A DNA stretch of 64,000 nucleotides from NCBI GenBank assembly GCA_963674735.2, contig CAXXQS010000001.1, positions 1,184,001 through 1,248,000 on the forward strand, written 5' to 3'. Source of the stretch: Myxococcota bacterium. Its GTDB lineage: Bacteria > Myxococcota_A > SURF-8. Positions 37,045-46,817 of the stretch are shown here, piece by piece. Numbering within the stretch: position 1 is the first letter of the stretch; each line of letters begins with the position of its first letter. The position numbers and the translations under genes were made by a program. The notes beneath the pieces were generated by a model. The model saw only the letters and a list, made by a program, of their open reading frames with translations, was not told the DNA's origin and did not search any database.

Positions 37045-38484
37045 ATGCCTTCAAAACAGAAGATGAAAGAAACCGCATCGGATGCATCCCGGTCAAGCCG
37101 CAGTCGCCAATCCTTGATGCCCCGCCTTCTTGATCGAATCATTGCTCCGACGAAAGGTTGGAGTCGTCGTCAACTAATCGGAATTTATTACCTTCTCTTT
37201 ATCTTTCTGGTCGGTTGGGGAGTGTGCATCGAGCGATACGAGTTCTTTCCGTATTCGATCTTGAATGCGTTTCTTTCCGATATCGAAGGGTATGTCCAGG
37301 GAGATCCCGAAGGGACCAAGACGAGTCTTCTGCAAAAGCTATCCAACGACCTGAATTGGGTGCCACATCGGCTGTTGGTTGACTATACGATTTCAAACGA
37401 GCGCGACTATCGTCAGGTTGCGATCCCCTCGGTTCGTGCTCGCCGCGAACCCGCACGGGTGTTCCAATCGGAGCAGGCAACGCCGGGTTTTCGGGTGATC
37501 TATGGCACCTTCGATTTCGAGCGCGATATGCATGGTGCCATACTGTTGGATGAGAGCGGGCAGGTTGTTCATACGTGGGTCTTGCACGAAGGAAGGATCG
37601 AAGGCTGGGAAGATCTGGAGTTCCGGCCACCACAGCGAAAAGTACCCCATGGTTTCAGCGTTTTGCCGACGGGCTCCGTTGTTTTCGCCTTCGATCGGGG
37701 AGCCTCGCTCCAGAAGTTCGATTGGTGCAGCCAACGCCAGTGGGTCAGCATCGGACATTCGTACAGTCATAGCATCAACTTGGATGACCATGGCGCGCTA
37801 TATTGCGTCGGATCCGTGAAAGTGGATCAACAAAGCGGTAAGCTTTTAAAAACCATCTCGTTTTCGGATGTGATGGAGGCGAACCGTTCGACGGACATTC
37901 TCGGTATCCGCCAGAAAGACGCGCGGGATGGCTGGAATTGGCTGCATGACCCATGGCATTTCAACGATCTGGAACCGTTGTCGGCGGCTCTGGCTCCGAG
38001 CTTTCCGCAATTTAACGCCGGTGACCTTTTGGTGAGTGCACGTTCGATCAATGCTCTATTTGTGATGGATCCGGAGAGCCTGAAAATCAAATGGTGGCGA
38101 ATAGGTCAAACCCGCCGTCAGCACGATCCGGATTGGCAACCCGATGGCACCATTACAGTGTATGACAATAATATGCACAGAGGACTCAGCCGGATCCTCA
38201 AAATCGACCCGAAAACCTATTCCAGCACCGTGCTTTTCGATGGGAAGAATGAGAACTTTTATTCGAATATTCGTGGGAAACACCAGGTTTTGGAGAATGG
38301 GAACATCCTCATCACGATTCCGCAGCAGGGAAGGGTGATTGAGATCAATCCCCAAGGCGATGTGATGTTCGAGTTTTTGAATGTCTATTCGACGGAGCCC
38401 TCGAAAATGCTTCTTGTTTCGGAGGCGGTGTTTCTGCCCAAAGATTATTTTGCGTTCACCCAATGGCCGTCGTGCGGAAACTAG
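37045..38484 (+). CDS. Arylsulfotransferase (ASST)-family protein, membrane anchored
   Basis: SHS, DPWHFND, LLVSARS, QHDPD, ITVYDN and LENGNILIT motifs. Start uncertain. Confidence 0.75.
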   Translation: MPSKQKMKETASDASRSSRSRQSLMPRLLDRIIAPTKGWSRRQLIGIYYLLFIFLVGWGVCIERYEFFPYSILNAFLSDIEGYVQGDPEGTKTSLLQKLSNDLNWVPHRLLVDYTISNERDYRQVAIPSVRARREPARVFQSEQATPGFRVIYGTFDFERDMHGAILLDESGQVVHTWVLHEGRIEGWEDLEFRPPQRKVPHGFSVLPTGSVVFAFDRGASLQKFDWCSQRQWVSIGHSYSHSINLDDHGALYCVGSVKVDQQSGKLLKTISFSDVMEANRSTDILGIRQKDARDGWNWLHDPWHFNDLEPLSAALAPSFPQFNAGDLLVSARSINALFVMDPESLKIKWWRIGQTRRQHDPDWQPDGTITVYDNNMHRGLSRILKIDPKTYSSTVLFDGKNENFYSNIRGKHQVLENGNILITIPQQGRVIEINPQGDVMFEFLNVYSTEPSKMLLVSEAVFLPKDYFAFTQWPSCGN

Positions 38485-38586
38485 CTTGCCATTAAAGGCT
38501 ATGGGTGCTGATCAAAGCGGAAAACAAGCTATTCCATCGCCAATTACTTTTGATCGTTGACTCTCTGGGGCAATCTACAAGGAGGT

Positions 38587-39951
38587 TCAATCGGAGGTCG
38601 GTGCGGGGCCCTTCTTAAGTTTTTCCCGAAGTGTCTTGCGATCAATGCTCAAAATTTCCGCCGCGCGGGTTTTATTGCCCCCGACACTCTCCAAGACCCT
38701 GCGGATGTATTCCGTTTCCATCTCAGCTAGGGGACGGTCTAGGCCGCTGCAGCCGGGGAGGTCGGTGGGGCGCATGGTTGGCGGCAGATCGGGGGCGTCA
38801 ATCATTCCTGTATCGGTCATGGCCATGAGCCGCTGGACGAGGTTTTCAAGTTCTCGAACATTGCCCGGCCACATGTAACGTCGCAGCAAATCGAGTGCCC
38901 GGTCGGTGTAATCCGGTGTACCACGTCCCATTTCTTCGGCGTATTTAGCGCTATAATAACGAGTTAACAACAACACATCATCGCCCCGAACTCGAAGGGG
39001 AGGCAATTCGATATTGATCACGTTTAATCGATAATACAGGTCTTCCCTAAAGCGTCCGCTCTTTATCAGATCGGGCAAGCTCTTGTTGGTACCGGCCAGA
39101 ATTCGGACATCCACCTTTTGGGATTTTGCCGAACCCACCATACAGATTTCCTTTTCCTGCAAGACACGCAAAAGTTTGACCTGCATGGCAATGCTGGTTT
39201 CACTGACTTCATCCAGAAATATCGTGCCTTTATCCGCGGTTTGAAAGAAACCCGCTCGTGATTCCGTCGCTCCGGTGAATGCGCCTTTAACGTGACCGAA
39301 TAATTCACTTTCCAGTAGCGTTTCCGGGATGCCGCCACAGTTGACCGGCACAAAGGCATGAGAGGCGCGATGGCTCTGATAATGAATGGCGCGGGCGACC
39401 AGTTCTTTTCCGGTCCCGCTTTCCCCTGAGATCAAAACGGTGGCTTTCACTGCCGCAGCCTTGTTTATCGTATTGTAAACGGCCTGCATGGCAAGGGAGT
39501 TTCCGATCATTCCATCCGGTGTCTGGGAAGATTCCGGTCGTTGGCATAACCCCAGTATTCGTTGCTGGCGTCGGGCCATCACATCGGTGACGACTTCCAA
39601 CAACTCCTTCTTTGTGAATGGTTTGGCCAGGTACTCATCGGCTCCCAACCTGACGGATTCGACCGCACTATCGATGGAGGGATAGCCGGTGATCATGATG
39701 ACGCTGATTGTTTTATAGTTATCTCGGATATGACGGATCAGGTCCATCCCGTCGACTTCCGGCATTTTCAGGTCGGTCATGACCAGATCGATGGCCGTTT
39801 GTCTTAGCAGGTCGACGCCTTCCTGGACGCTTGAGGCGGTATAGATCGTATGGCCGAACGGGACCAAATGCCGTTGAATAAGCTCCAGGGCATCCGGGGA
39901 ATCGTCAACGGCAAGAATGGTGTATGTCTGCTTCGTATTATTCTTATTCAT
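38587..39951 (-). CDS. Sigma54-dependent response regulator (NtrC family)
   Basis: Receiver domain, GESGTGKE, GAFTGA, WPGNVRELEN and Fis-type HTH. Confidence 0.96.
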   Translation of the reverse strand: MNKNNTKQTYTILAVDDSPDALELIQRHLVPFGHTIYTASSVQEGVDLLRQTAIDLVMTDLKMPEVDGMDLIRHIRDNYKTISVIMITGYPSIDSAVESVRLGADEYLAKPFTKKELLEVVTDVMARRQQRILGLCQRPESSQTPDGMIGNSLAMQAVYNTINKAAAVKATVLISGESGTGKELVARAIHYQSHRASHAFVPVNCGGIPETLLESELFGHVKGAFTGATESRAGFFQTADKGTIFLDEVSETSIAMQVKLLRVLQEKEICMVGSAKSQKVDVRILAGTNKSLPDLIKSGRFREDLYYRLNVINIELPPLRVRGDDVLLLTRYYSAKYAEEMGRGTPDYTDRALDLLRRYMWPGNVRELENLVQRLMAMTDTGMIDAPDLPPTMRPTDLPGCSGLDRPLAEMETEYIRRVLESVGGNKTRAAEILSIDRKTLREKLKKGPAPTSD

Positions 39952-41590
39952 CGGCCTGTTGCTCGATTGGTAAATCAATCGTAAACGTTGTTCCTTCACC
40001 CGGCCCCGATTTCAGTTGAATTCGGCCATGGTGTGCTTTGATAATACCATGCACGACGGATAAGCCCAATCCCGTTCCCTGGTTGACGTCTTTGGTGGTG
40101 AAAAACGGGAGATAGGCTTTTTCCTTTACTTCGTCGGTCATCCCCATACCAGTGTCGGAAATTTCCATTCGGACCGTCTTCCGATCGGATACCGTTTTAA
40201 TCGTCAAGTTTCCGCCCTGGGGCATGGCATGGGCTGCATTGACGAAAAGATTGACGATGATCTGACGTACTTGAGTTTGATCCGCCGTGATGCTCGGCAA
40301 CTCCGGAGACAACTCCGTCTTGACTTCTATCGACTCATTGAGCAGGCGCCCTTTGAAAAACGAGATGACGTCACGAATAACCGTGTTTACATTCACCTTT
40401 GCATTCCGGGTCGGAACCTGCCTTGCAAAAATCAGCAATTTCTGGACGATTTCTCTCGCATGTAAAGACGCGGATTCGATTCGCTCGATATCGTGAAAAG
40501 CCTGTCGAGGCATGCCGTCGAGTTCTTTAAGTAGCTCGGCAAACCCCAGAACACCCGTTAGCGGTTGATTTAATTCGTGAGCCACACCGGCCGCCAACTG
40601 TCCGATGGTGGCCAAACGTTCGGCATGCTGAAGCTGTTCATACAAACGCTGTTGTTCTTTTTCGGCTTGTCTGCGTTGGATGATAATGGCTACTTCACGA
40701 GCGATCGAATCAATCAAATGTCGCTCTTCCATCAGAAACGGACCTTCGTCAAGCTCGGGGCGGGACTCGATATAGGTGACTTCGACGGCTCCACGCACCT
40801 CATCGTTGACCACGATTTCGGCGGACAGGTGAAATTCCGTTCGCAGAAATCCCGGAGTGGAATGTCTCACTCCATCAAAAATGATGCTGGCTTCGGTAAT
40901 TTCCGGATAGAGCCACGCCTGGGGAAGAAGAGAAACGATTCGCTCCAAGAGGTTCTTGAGCTTTCGCTGGCTGCCCGCCGCAAGGTTCGCGATTCCGTAC
41001 ATGCAAGTCAGTTCCTTGACCCTTTCGCGTAGTTCGAACTGCGAACGATTGTAAGAAAACGCAAGACCAAGTGAGCGACAGACATCCTCCAGCCGTTCGC
41101 TCGTTTCCTCTGTAAGTAATGACGATTCTGGAAAGGCAAGTAAAATGAACCCGCGAATTCGATTGCCGACAGGAATCGTCAACTGAAGAATCGAACGAAA
41201 TGCGCATTTTTCATTATCGAAACGAACCATGCAGGCCGACGTATCGACGGAATAGGGTTTATCGCCAAGCATTGCCTGCTCGAAGGGCAGTTTCAATACT
41301 TTTGGAAACGTCATCTCAAGGGAATCTTCCTGATTCACTGTTTCGCAAAAGAAAGCGGGGGTATGGCCGCGACTGGCGTTGGAGTGAAACATTTTCGATC
41401 TTTCGACGTAGGCGATTTCGACAACATCGCATGAAGCGAAATCGATCAAACGTATCGAAATATCACGCAAAAGATCGAGGGTAATTCGGCCCATGGTCGA
41501 AAAAGACATGATATCGTTTGAGAGACGACGAAAGTCCTTCTTCGTTCGATTCATGAAACCAAATGTTTGTTTGTTTTTACCCATGACCAT
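39944..41590 (-). CDS. Cytoplasmic sensor histidine kinase (GAF-like inputs)
   Basis: GVAHELNQP, NAAHAM and FFTTK..GTGLGL motifs. Overlaps the regulator start. Start approximate. Confidence 0.92.
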   Translation of the reverse strand: MVMGKNKQTFGFMNRTKKDFRRLSNDIMSFSTMGRITLDLLRDISIRLIDFASCDVVEIAYVERSKMFHSNASRGHTPAFFCETVNQEDSLEMTFPKVLKLPFEQAMLGDKPYSVDTSACMVRFDNEKCAFRSILQLTIPVGNRIRGFILLAFPESSLLTEETSERLEDVCRSLGLAFSYNRSQFELRERVKELTCMYGIANLAAGSQRKLKNLLERIVSLLPQAWLYPEITEASIIFDGVRHSTPGFLRTEFHLSAEIVVNDEVRGAVEVTYIESRPELDEGPFLMEERHLIDSIAREVAIIIQRRQAEKEQQRLYEQLQHAERLATIGQLAAGVAHELNQPLTGVLGFAELLKELDGMPRQAFHDIERIESASLHAREIVQKLLIFARQVPTRNAKVNVNTVIRDVISFFKGRLLNESIEVKTELSPELPSITADQTQVRQIIVNLFVNAAHAMPQGGNLTIKTVSDRKTVRMEISDTGMGMTDEVKEKAYLPFFTTKDVNQGTGLGLSVVHGIIKAHHGRIQLKSGPGEGTTFTIDLPIEQQADE

Positions 41591-41661
41591 CCTGAAACTC
41601 ACCTCAGTGTCGAGTCAACTTTAGCTCAAAGTGGTTGAAATTACAATTATTCTAAACCTGT

Positions 41662-41696
41662 AAAAGAAAATCGGCTGCCCGCTATCAGGCAGCCGA
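41662..41696 (-). terminator. Terminator after the dehydrogenase gene
   Basis: TCGGCTGCC/GGCAGCCGA stem, followed on the minus strand by TTTTCTTTT. Confidence 0.7.
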
Positions 41697-41719
41697 AAAA
41701 AATACCGATTATCTTGTTG

Positions 41720-43003
41720 TCAGGCTTTGCCACGCAGTCTGGCCGCTTGGGCGACGCGCTCAATGGCGATCATATAGGCCGCATCCCGCATGTATAAACC
41801 GCGCTTCTCGGCAAGATCCGCAATGGCGTTGAAAGCTTGGGTCAGTTTTGTGTCCAACTTGTCTAGAACTTCATCTTTCTCCCAGTAGTAGTTCATATTG
41901 GCTTGCACTTGTTCGAAGTAGGAGCAAGTTACGCCACCGGCGTTGCACATGAAGTCTGGAATAACATAGATGCCGCGCTCTTTGAGTACAGCATCGGCTT
42001 CGCGAGTGGTAGGTCCGTTCGCCCCTTCGGCAACCAGCTTGACTTGTTTGCTGATTTTCAGAACGGTCTCGGCATTGAGTTGGTTTTCAAGAGCGCAGGG
42101 AACCAGGATATCAACCTCCTGCGAAATCCAATCCTCACCGGGAAGGATTTCATAGCCTGCGTCTTTGGCTTTGTCTTTGTCGATCGCTCCGTAGCTGTCT
42201 GTTATGGAAATCAGGAAATCGGGGTCGACACCGTCCCCATTGCGATAGGTATAAGCGGTGTTGTCCTGTTCGTCCCAACAAGAAACGCACAATGCCCTGC
42301 CGCCGTATTCACGGAATAGTTTCGCCGCGAACTGTGCGACATTGCCAAAACCCTGAAAGGCCGCGGTCATGTTCTTAACATCGAGATTCAGCCTTTTCAG
42401 TGCTTCGCGAACACAATACATTACCCCGAATCCGGTGGCTTCGGTGCGTCCCAACGAGCCGCCCATGCCAATCGGTTTGCCGGTGATAAAACCAGGATAA
42501 TGGCCACCTGCGAGCGTTTCATATTCGTCCAGCATCCACATCATGTGCTGGCCGTTTGTCATCACATCCGGGGCCGGAACATCCAAGACCGGTCCGACAT
42601 TCCGGAAGACCTGTCGGATCCAACCTCGGCAAATCTGCTCTTGTTCGGCTGGGGATAGCTTGCGCGGGTCGCAAATCACGCCGCCTTTGCCGCCCCCAAG
42701 CGGGATGTCGACTACCGCACATTTCCACGTCATCCAGGTCGCAAGGGCGCGAACGGTATCGACGGTTTCTTGCGGGTGAAATCGAATGCCGCCCTTGCAG
42801 GGGCCGCGCAGGTCGTTGTGTTGAATGCGGAAACCACGAAAAACACGTTTGGAACCGTTGTCCATACGGACTGGAATCGTGAAATGAAACTCCTTCGCCG
42901 GCCAGCGGAGCAGTTCGCGTGCGCCGTGCTCCAATCCAAGCATGTCGGCGACGTGATCGAATTGTGCCTGGGCCATTTCGAAGGGGTTGAATTCTTTGCT
43001 CAT
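41720..43003 (-). CDS. gdhA: Glu/Leu/Phe/Val dehydrogenase, probably glutamate dehydrogenase
   Basis: GPCKGGIRF, GGGKGG, DVPAPD, GRTEATG, QGFGNV and EGANGP motifs. Confidence 0.9.
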   Translation of the reverse strand: MSKEFNPFEMAQAQFDHVADMLGLEHGARELLRWPAKEFHFTIPVRMDNGSKRVFRGFRIQHNDLRGPCKGGIRFHPQETVDTVRALATWMTWKCAVVDIPLGGGKGGVICDPRKLSPAEQEQICRGWIRQVFRNVGPVLDVPAPDVMTNGQHMMWMLDEYETLAGGHYPGFITGKPIGMGGSLGRTEATGFGVMYCVREALKRLNLDVKNMTAAFQGFGNVAQFAAKLFREYGGRALCVSCWDEQDNTAYTYRNGDGVDPDFLISITDSYGAIDKDKAKDAGYEILPGEDWISQEVDILVPCALENQLNAETVLKISKQVKLVAEGANGPTTREADAVLKERGIYVIPDFMCNAGGVTCSYFEQVQANMNYYWEKDEVLDKLDTKLTQAFNAIADLAEKRGLYMRDAAYMIAIERVAQAARLRGKA

Positions 43004-43074
43004 GTTTCTCTCCATATTCAATCGAGCATTTTACAGATAGAAGCCGGACTGAGCTTTCGCGGGAGGAAATGCTT

Positions 43075-43419
43075 TCATCGGTATTCTTCGCAATGCCACA
43101 CACCGGAAGATGATTTCGGTAACTTGCAGTCAGCTCGATTGTCACAATTGGCACACAACCCCAGAAGATGAACATTTTCCGATCTTTTTTCGGTTTTCGG
43201 GGTAGGGGGTTCTTTTACTGCCAATTCACGTGTAGGCAAGGAACAGCATTGGTAGAGTTCGCACTGAATGATGGGAACAGAGGTTTCCGCCAATATTCCG
43301 CACTCATCCTGGTAGGCGCAATTGGCGCACACTCCGGAATTGATCAATACATTTCTGTCTGTCTTACAGGGTTTATCCGCATTGTGCGCCCTAGCTTCCG
43401 CTTTATTTCCATTTGTCAT
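43075..43419 (-). CDS. Small protein with two CxNC-x5-C...CExY repeats
   Basis: ATG 43419 after AAGGAGG. GVCANCAYQDEC...QCELY and GLCANCDNRADC...HCEEY. Confidence 0.8.
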   Translation of the reverse strand: MTNGNKAEARAHNADKPCKTDRNVLINSGVCANCAYQDECGILAETSVPIIQCELYQCCSLPTRELAVKEPPTPKTEKRSENVHLLGLCANCDNRADCKLPKSSSGVWHCEEYR

Positions 43420-43477
43420 TGTGAAAACCTCCTTCAAGTCCTTGGGGGCTGTTGATTTGCCCTTTTCTCTGACATAG

Positions 43478-43493
43478 AGCATGAGCCGTGCCA
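43478..43493 (-). promoter_or_regulatory. Sigma54 (-24/-12) promoter TGGCACGGCTCATGCT
   Basis: GG-N10-GC with a TGGCAC core, about 60 nt upstream of the Cys-protein/gdh operon. Confidence 0.75.
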
Positions 43494-43614
43494 ATATGTA
43501 AATAACGGACAGCCGACAGACTGTTGGGCATACATGCCTGAAAATACAAGCAATAATCGTGTTTGCACGGTGCTCGAAGGATTTGAACGACTTTCAACGA
43601 ATGAACGCTTATCT

Positions 43615-43647
43615 GGGGAGTATTTCCCCGCCGGGGAGAAATTCCTC
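43615..43647. promoter_or_regulatory. Tandem palindromic enhancer-like sites GGGGAGTATTTCCCC / GGGGAGAAATTCCTC
   Basis: Two imperfect inverted repeats 18 nt apart, 120-155 nt upstream of the sigma54 element. Confidence 0.6.
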
Positions 43648-43823
43648 GCTTTGGGTGATATTGGCTGTAGTCTATAAATTACCCTGAATTTAAAAATCAA
43701 TAATCAAACCAAGGGGCTCTGATCAAGAAATCACCTTGATGCTTGATGTTGTGCATCTGGCGTAGACTTTGCTTCCATGTTTAGCGTGGTAGAATAGACG
43801 CACCAAAGTAGAGGTTCGCGAGT

Positions 43824-46772
43824 ATGACGGAATTAAATATAGTGCAGCATCGTTTTGACTCCTTCCGGTCTTTGATGCCTCATCGCATCCGGGAGATTCT
43901 TTTAGTTTCAAGCGTCTACGACGCGTATGTCCTGGAAGAGGATGGTGGGCTTGAGGAGCGGATTTGGGAACAGTATATGGAACACGGTTTGTCTTCGGTG
44001 CCTCGGATTCGCAAAGCAAGCTCTATCGAGGCGTCGTTAGCAATTATCGAGAATGAAACCGTTGACCTGGTTCTAACCATTGTTCATGACGATGACGATC
44101 TTGCCTTGGAACTGGCTGGAAAAGTAAAAGCATTAAAACCGCAATTGCCGGTCGTATTTTTGATTACCGACCCAATGATGCTTGAAACCTACACGAATCG
44201 GCGAGTTTTGCCGATGGATCGCGTTTTTTTGTGGCAAAACGATCCCTCGCTTTTACTGGCCATCGTTAAAAACTTCGAAGACCAGTTGAACGTGGCGCAT
44301 GATACGAAAACCGGCAAAGTCCGTGTGATCTTATTGGTGGAAGACTCCGTTTCGCACTACTCCTTGTTTTTGCCGATGATGTACACGGCGATTATGAAAC
44401 TGACACGACAACTGATGGACGATGGCCTCAATCATCTGCACAAGCAACTGAGAATGCGTTCCCGTGCCAAGATCATTTTGGTTGACAATTTTGAAGATGC
44501 GCTACGCGTGTACAAGGAATACCAATCCTATCTACTGGGAGTTATCACCGATGTCCGTTTCTGGAGCCAGGGAGAGTTGGACGCTGAAGCGGGAATCAAG
44601 CTGGCCAAGCATTTTCGTGAAGGCTTGCCGGAATTGCCTATTTGTATTCAATCCGCCGAGCCCGACAAGAATCGAAAACGTGCGATTGATCTGGACGCCC
44701 ATTTTCTCGATAAAAGCTCAAACCATCTTTTAGATGAATTGGAATGCTGGCTGATGGAATTCATGGGTTTCGGCGATTTTATTTTTCGCAACGATCAGGC
44801 GGAAGAAGTTTGCCGAGCCAATTCCCCGCGAGAGTTGATGAAATGCCTGGAAACCGTTCCGATTGATGTCGTGGTTCAGCATGCCAGGCATCAGGACTTT
44901 TCGCATTGGATGATGGCTCGAACCGAGATCAAGATTGCAGAGCGGCTCTATCCTGCGCGAATTGATGATTTCGCCGAGATGGAAGGTGTCCGTCGCTTTC
45001 TTATCCAGGTGATAGGGACAGAGCTTGACGAAAAGCAAAGCGATGTGGTGACCGTCTATTCACCCAGCAAAGACCCGAACGCGTTACGGTTTATGCGGCT
45101 GGGTGACGGCTCTTTGGGAGGGAAGGCAAGAGGCATCAGTTTCCTGCGGTATTTGTTGGCTCGACAGGAGATCCGGCTAGAATTTCCCGATGTTTTAATT
45201 CAAATCCCGTCGGCGCTTGTTATCTGTTCCGACATCTTCCAGCAATTCATGCACAAGTACGATCTTTGGGAATTTTGTTTGAACGAGAAGACAGAACACA
45301 TCGACATACAGAATCGCTTTCTTGAACTTCCCGACCCGCAGGAACTTGCAGAGAATCTTACCAATTACCTCAAGCATGTTACGGTGCCCCTGGCCATTCG
45401 TTCCTCAAGTATTTTGGAGGACTCCCGGAATCTTCCGCTTGCCGGACTGTACTCCACATTTATGCTGCGTAACAATGAAGAGTCCCTGGACGCTCGCTTG
45501 GCCGCACTGCTAAGAGCCATCAAGTTGGTTTGGGCCTCGACTTTTGGGGATGATCCCAAGGCTTATTTCCAACAAACGCCCTATCATCTGAGGGATGAGC
45601 GGATGTCGGTGGTGATCCAGAATCTGGGTGGTGATCGGCATGATGATCATTTCTATCCGACGTTTTCCGGTGTGGCGCAATCGCACAATTTTTATCCGAT
45701 TTCGTACATGAAACCGGAGGATGGAGTTGTTCAAATTGCGCTCGGATTGGGTAAGACGGTTGTCGAAGGTGGGCCGATCGTTCGCTTTTGCCCTAAATAT
45801 CCACAGATTTTGCCGCAGTTCGTAAAAATAAGAGATTGGCTGTATTTTACACAGAAATACTTTTATGCACTAGACATGAAATGTGTTTCCTCTAGCCAAA
45901 CAAGTCCTATTAGCGACGATGATCTCCGGCAGTTACCCATCGAAGTTGCGGAGAAACACGGAGTACTTCAGCATGTGGCATCCGTCTATCAAGGCGATAG
46001 CGATTTGCTTGTCGATAGCTTCTTTTACGAGGGCCCACGTATTATCACCTTTGCAAAAGTGCTACGCGACCCCAAACTGCAATTGGGAAAATTGCTGGGT
46101 AAAATCATGAAAGATTCGGAAAGTGCGATGCGCACACCCGTCGAGATTGAGTTTGCCGTTGATTTGGGACACAATGGCAAACCCATATTTTATCCGCTTC
46201 AGCTTCGGCCGATGACGTCCAAACGAAAATGGGAATCCGTTCAAATCGACAAAGAAGCGATTGACAAGGCAATCTGCTATTCCAATCAAGCTCACGGAAA
46301 CGGTGTCATTGACAGCATCTGCGATATCGTATTTGTAGCACCCGAAGAATTCGATAAAACAAAAACCCGTGAAATCGCCATGGAGATCGGGACTATTAAC
46401 CGACAGCTTGTCGAACAGAATCGACCCTATTTACTGATTGGTTTCGGACGTTGGGGGTCGGTAGACCCATCCATGGGGATAGGAGTAAAATGGTCGCAAA
46501 TCTCCGGGGTCAAAGTAATGGTCGAAGTAGGGTTGCCGGATTTCAACGTGGATCCTGCTCAAGGTACGCACTTTTTCCAAAATGTGACGTCGTTGAATAT
46601 CGGTTGCTTGTCGATTCCAAATGAAACGGAATCCCGTCTTGATTGGGAGTGGTTGCGGAAACGATCCGTCAAGCAAATCACAGCCCATCTAAAGCATGTT
46701 CGACTGAACGACCCATTGGAGATCCGTATTGACGGGCGAAAGGGTGAGGCGGTTGTATTGCACAACACCTAG
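43824..46772 (+). CDS. Receiver-like domains fused to a PEP-synthase/PPDK N-terminal (ATP-grasp) domain; uncharacterised
   Basis: EILLVSS.YD and VILLVEDS receiver-like segments; GSLGGKARG, AIRSSSILEDS, AGLYST, EIEFA and LQLRP; C-terminal GRWGS and QGTHFFQN. Confidence 0.85.
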   Translation: MTELNIVQHRFDSFRSLMPHRIREILLVSSVYDAYVLEEDGGLEERIWEQYMEHGLSSVPRIRKASSIEASLAIIENETVDLVLTIVHDDDDLALELAGKVKALKPQLPVVFLITDPMMLETYTNRRVLPMDRVFLWQNDPSLLLAIVKNFEDQLNVAHDTKTGKVRVILLVEDSVSHYSLFLPMMYTAIMKLTRQLMDDGLNHLHKQLRMRSRAKIILVDNFEDALRVYKEYQSYLLGVITDVRFWSQGELDAEAGIKLAKHFREGLPELPICIQSAEPDKNRKRAIDLDAHFLDKSSNHLLDELECWLMEFMGFGDFIFRNDQAEEVCRANSPRELMKCLETVPIDVVVQHARHQDFSHWMMARTEIKIAERLYPARIDDFAEMEGVRRFLIQVIGTELDEKQSDVVTVYSPSKDPNALRFMRLGDGSLGGKARGISFLRYLLARQEIRLEFPDVLIQIPSALVICSDIFQQFMHKYDLWEFCLNEKTEHIDIQNRFLELPDPQELAENLTNYLKHVTVPLAIRSSSILEDSRNLPLAGLYSTFMLRNNEESLDARLAALLRAIKLVWASTFGDDPKAYFQQTPYHLRDERMSVVIQNLGGDRHDDHFYPTFSGVAQSHNFYPISYMKPEDGVVQIALGLGKTVVEGGPIVRFCPKYPQILPQFVKIRDWLYFTQKYFYALDMKCVSSSQTSPISDDDLRQLPIEVAEKHGVLQHVASVYQGDSDLLVDSFFYEGPRIITFAKVLRDPKLQLGKLLGKIMKDSESAMRTPVEIEFAVDLGHNGKPIFYPLQLRPMTSKRKWESVQIDKEAIDKAICYSNQAHGNGVIDSICDIVFVAPEEFDKTKTREIAMEIGTINRQLVEQNRPYLLIGFGRWGSVDPSMGIGVKWSQISGVKVMVEVGLPDFNVDPAQGTHFFQNVTSLNIGCLSIPNETESRLDWEWLRKRSVKQITAHLKHVRLNDPLEIRIDGRKGEAVVLHNT

Positions 46773-46817
46773 CTGATTTTGGGGATTGCTTCAGGTGTTT
46801 ATGCAAGTGAGAGCAGC

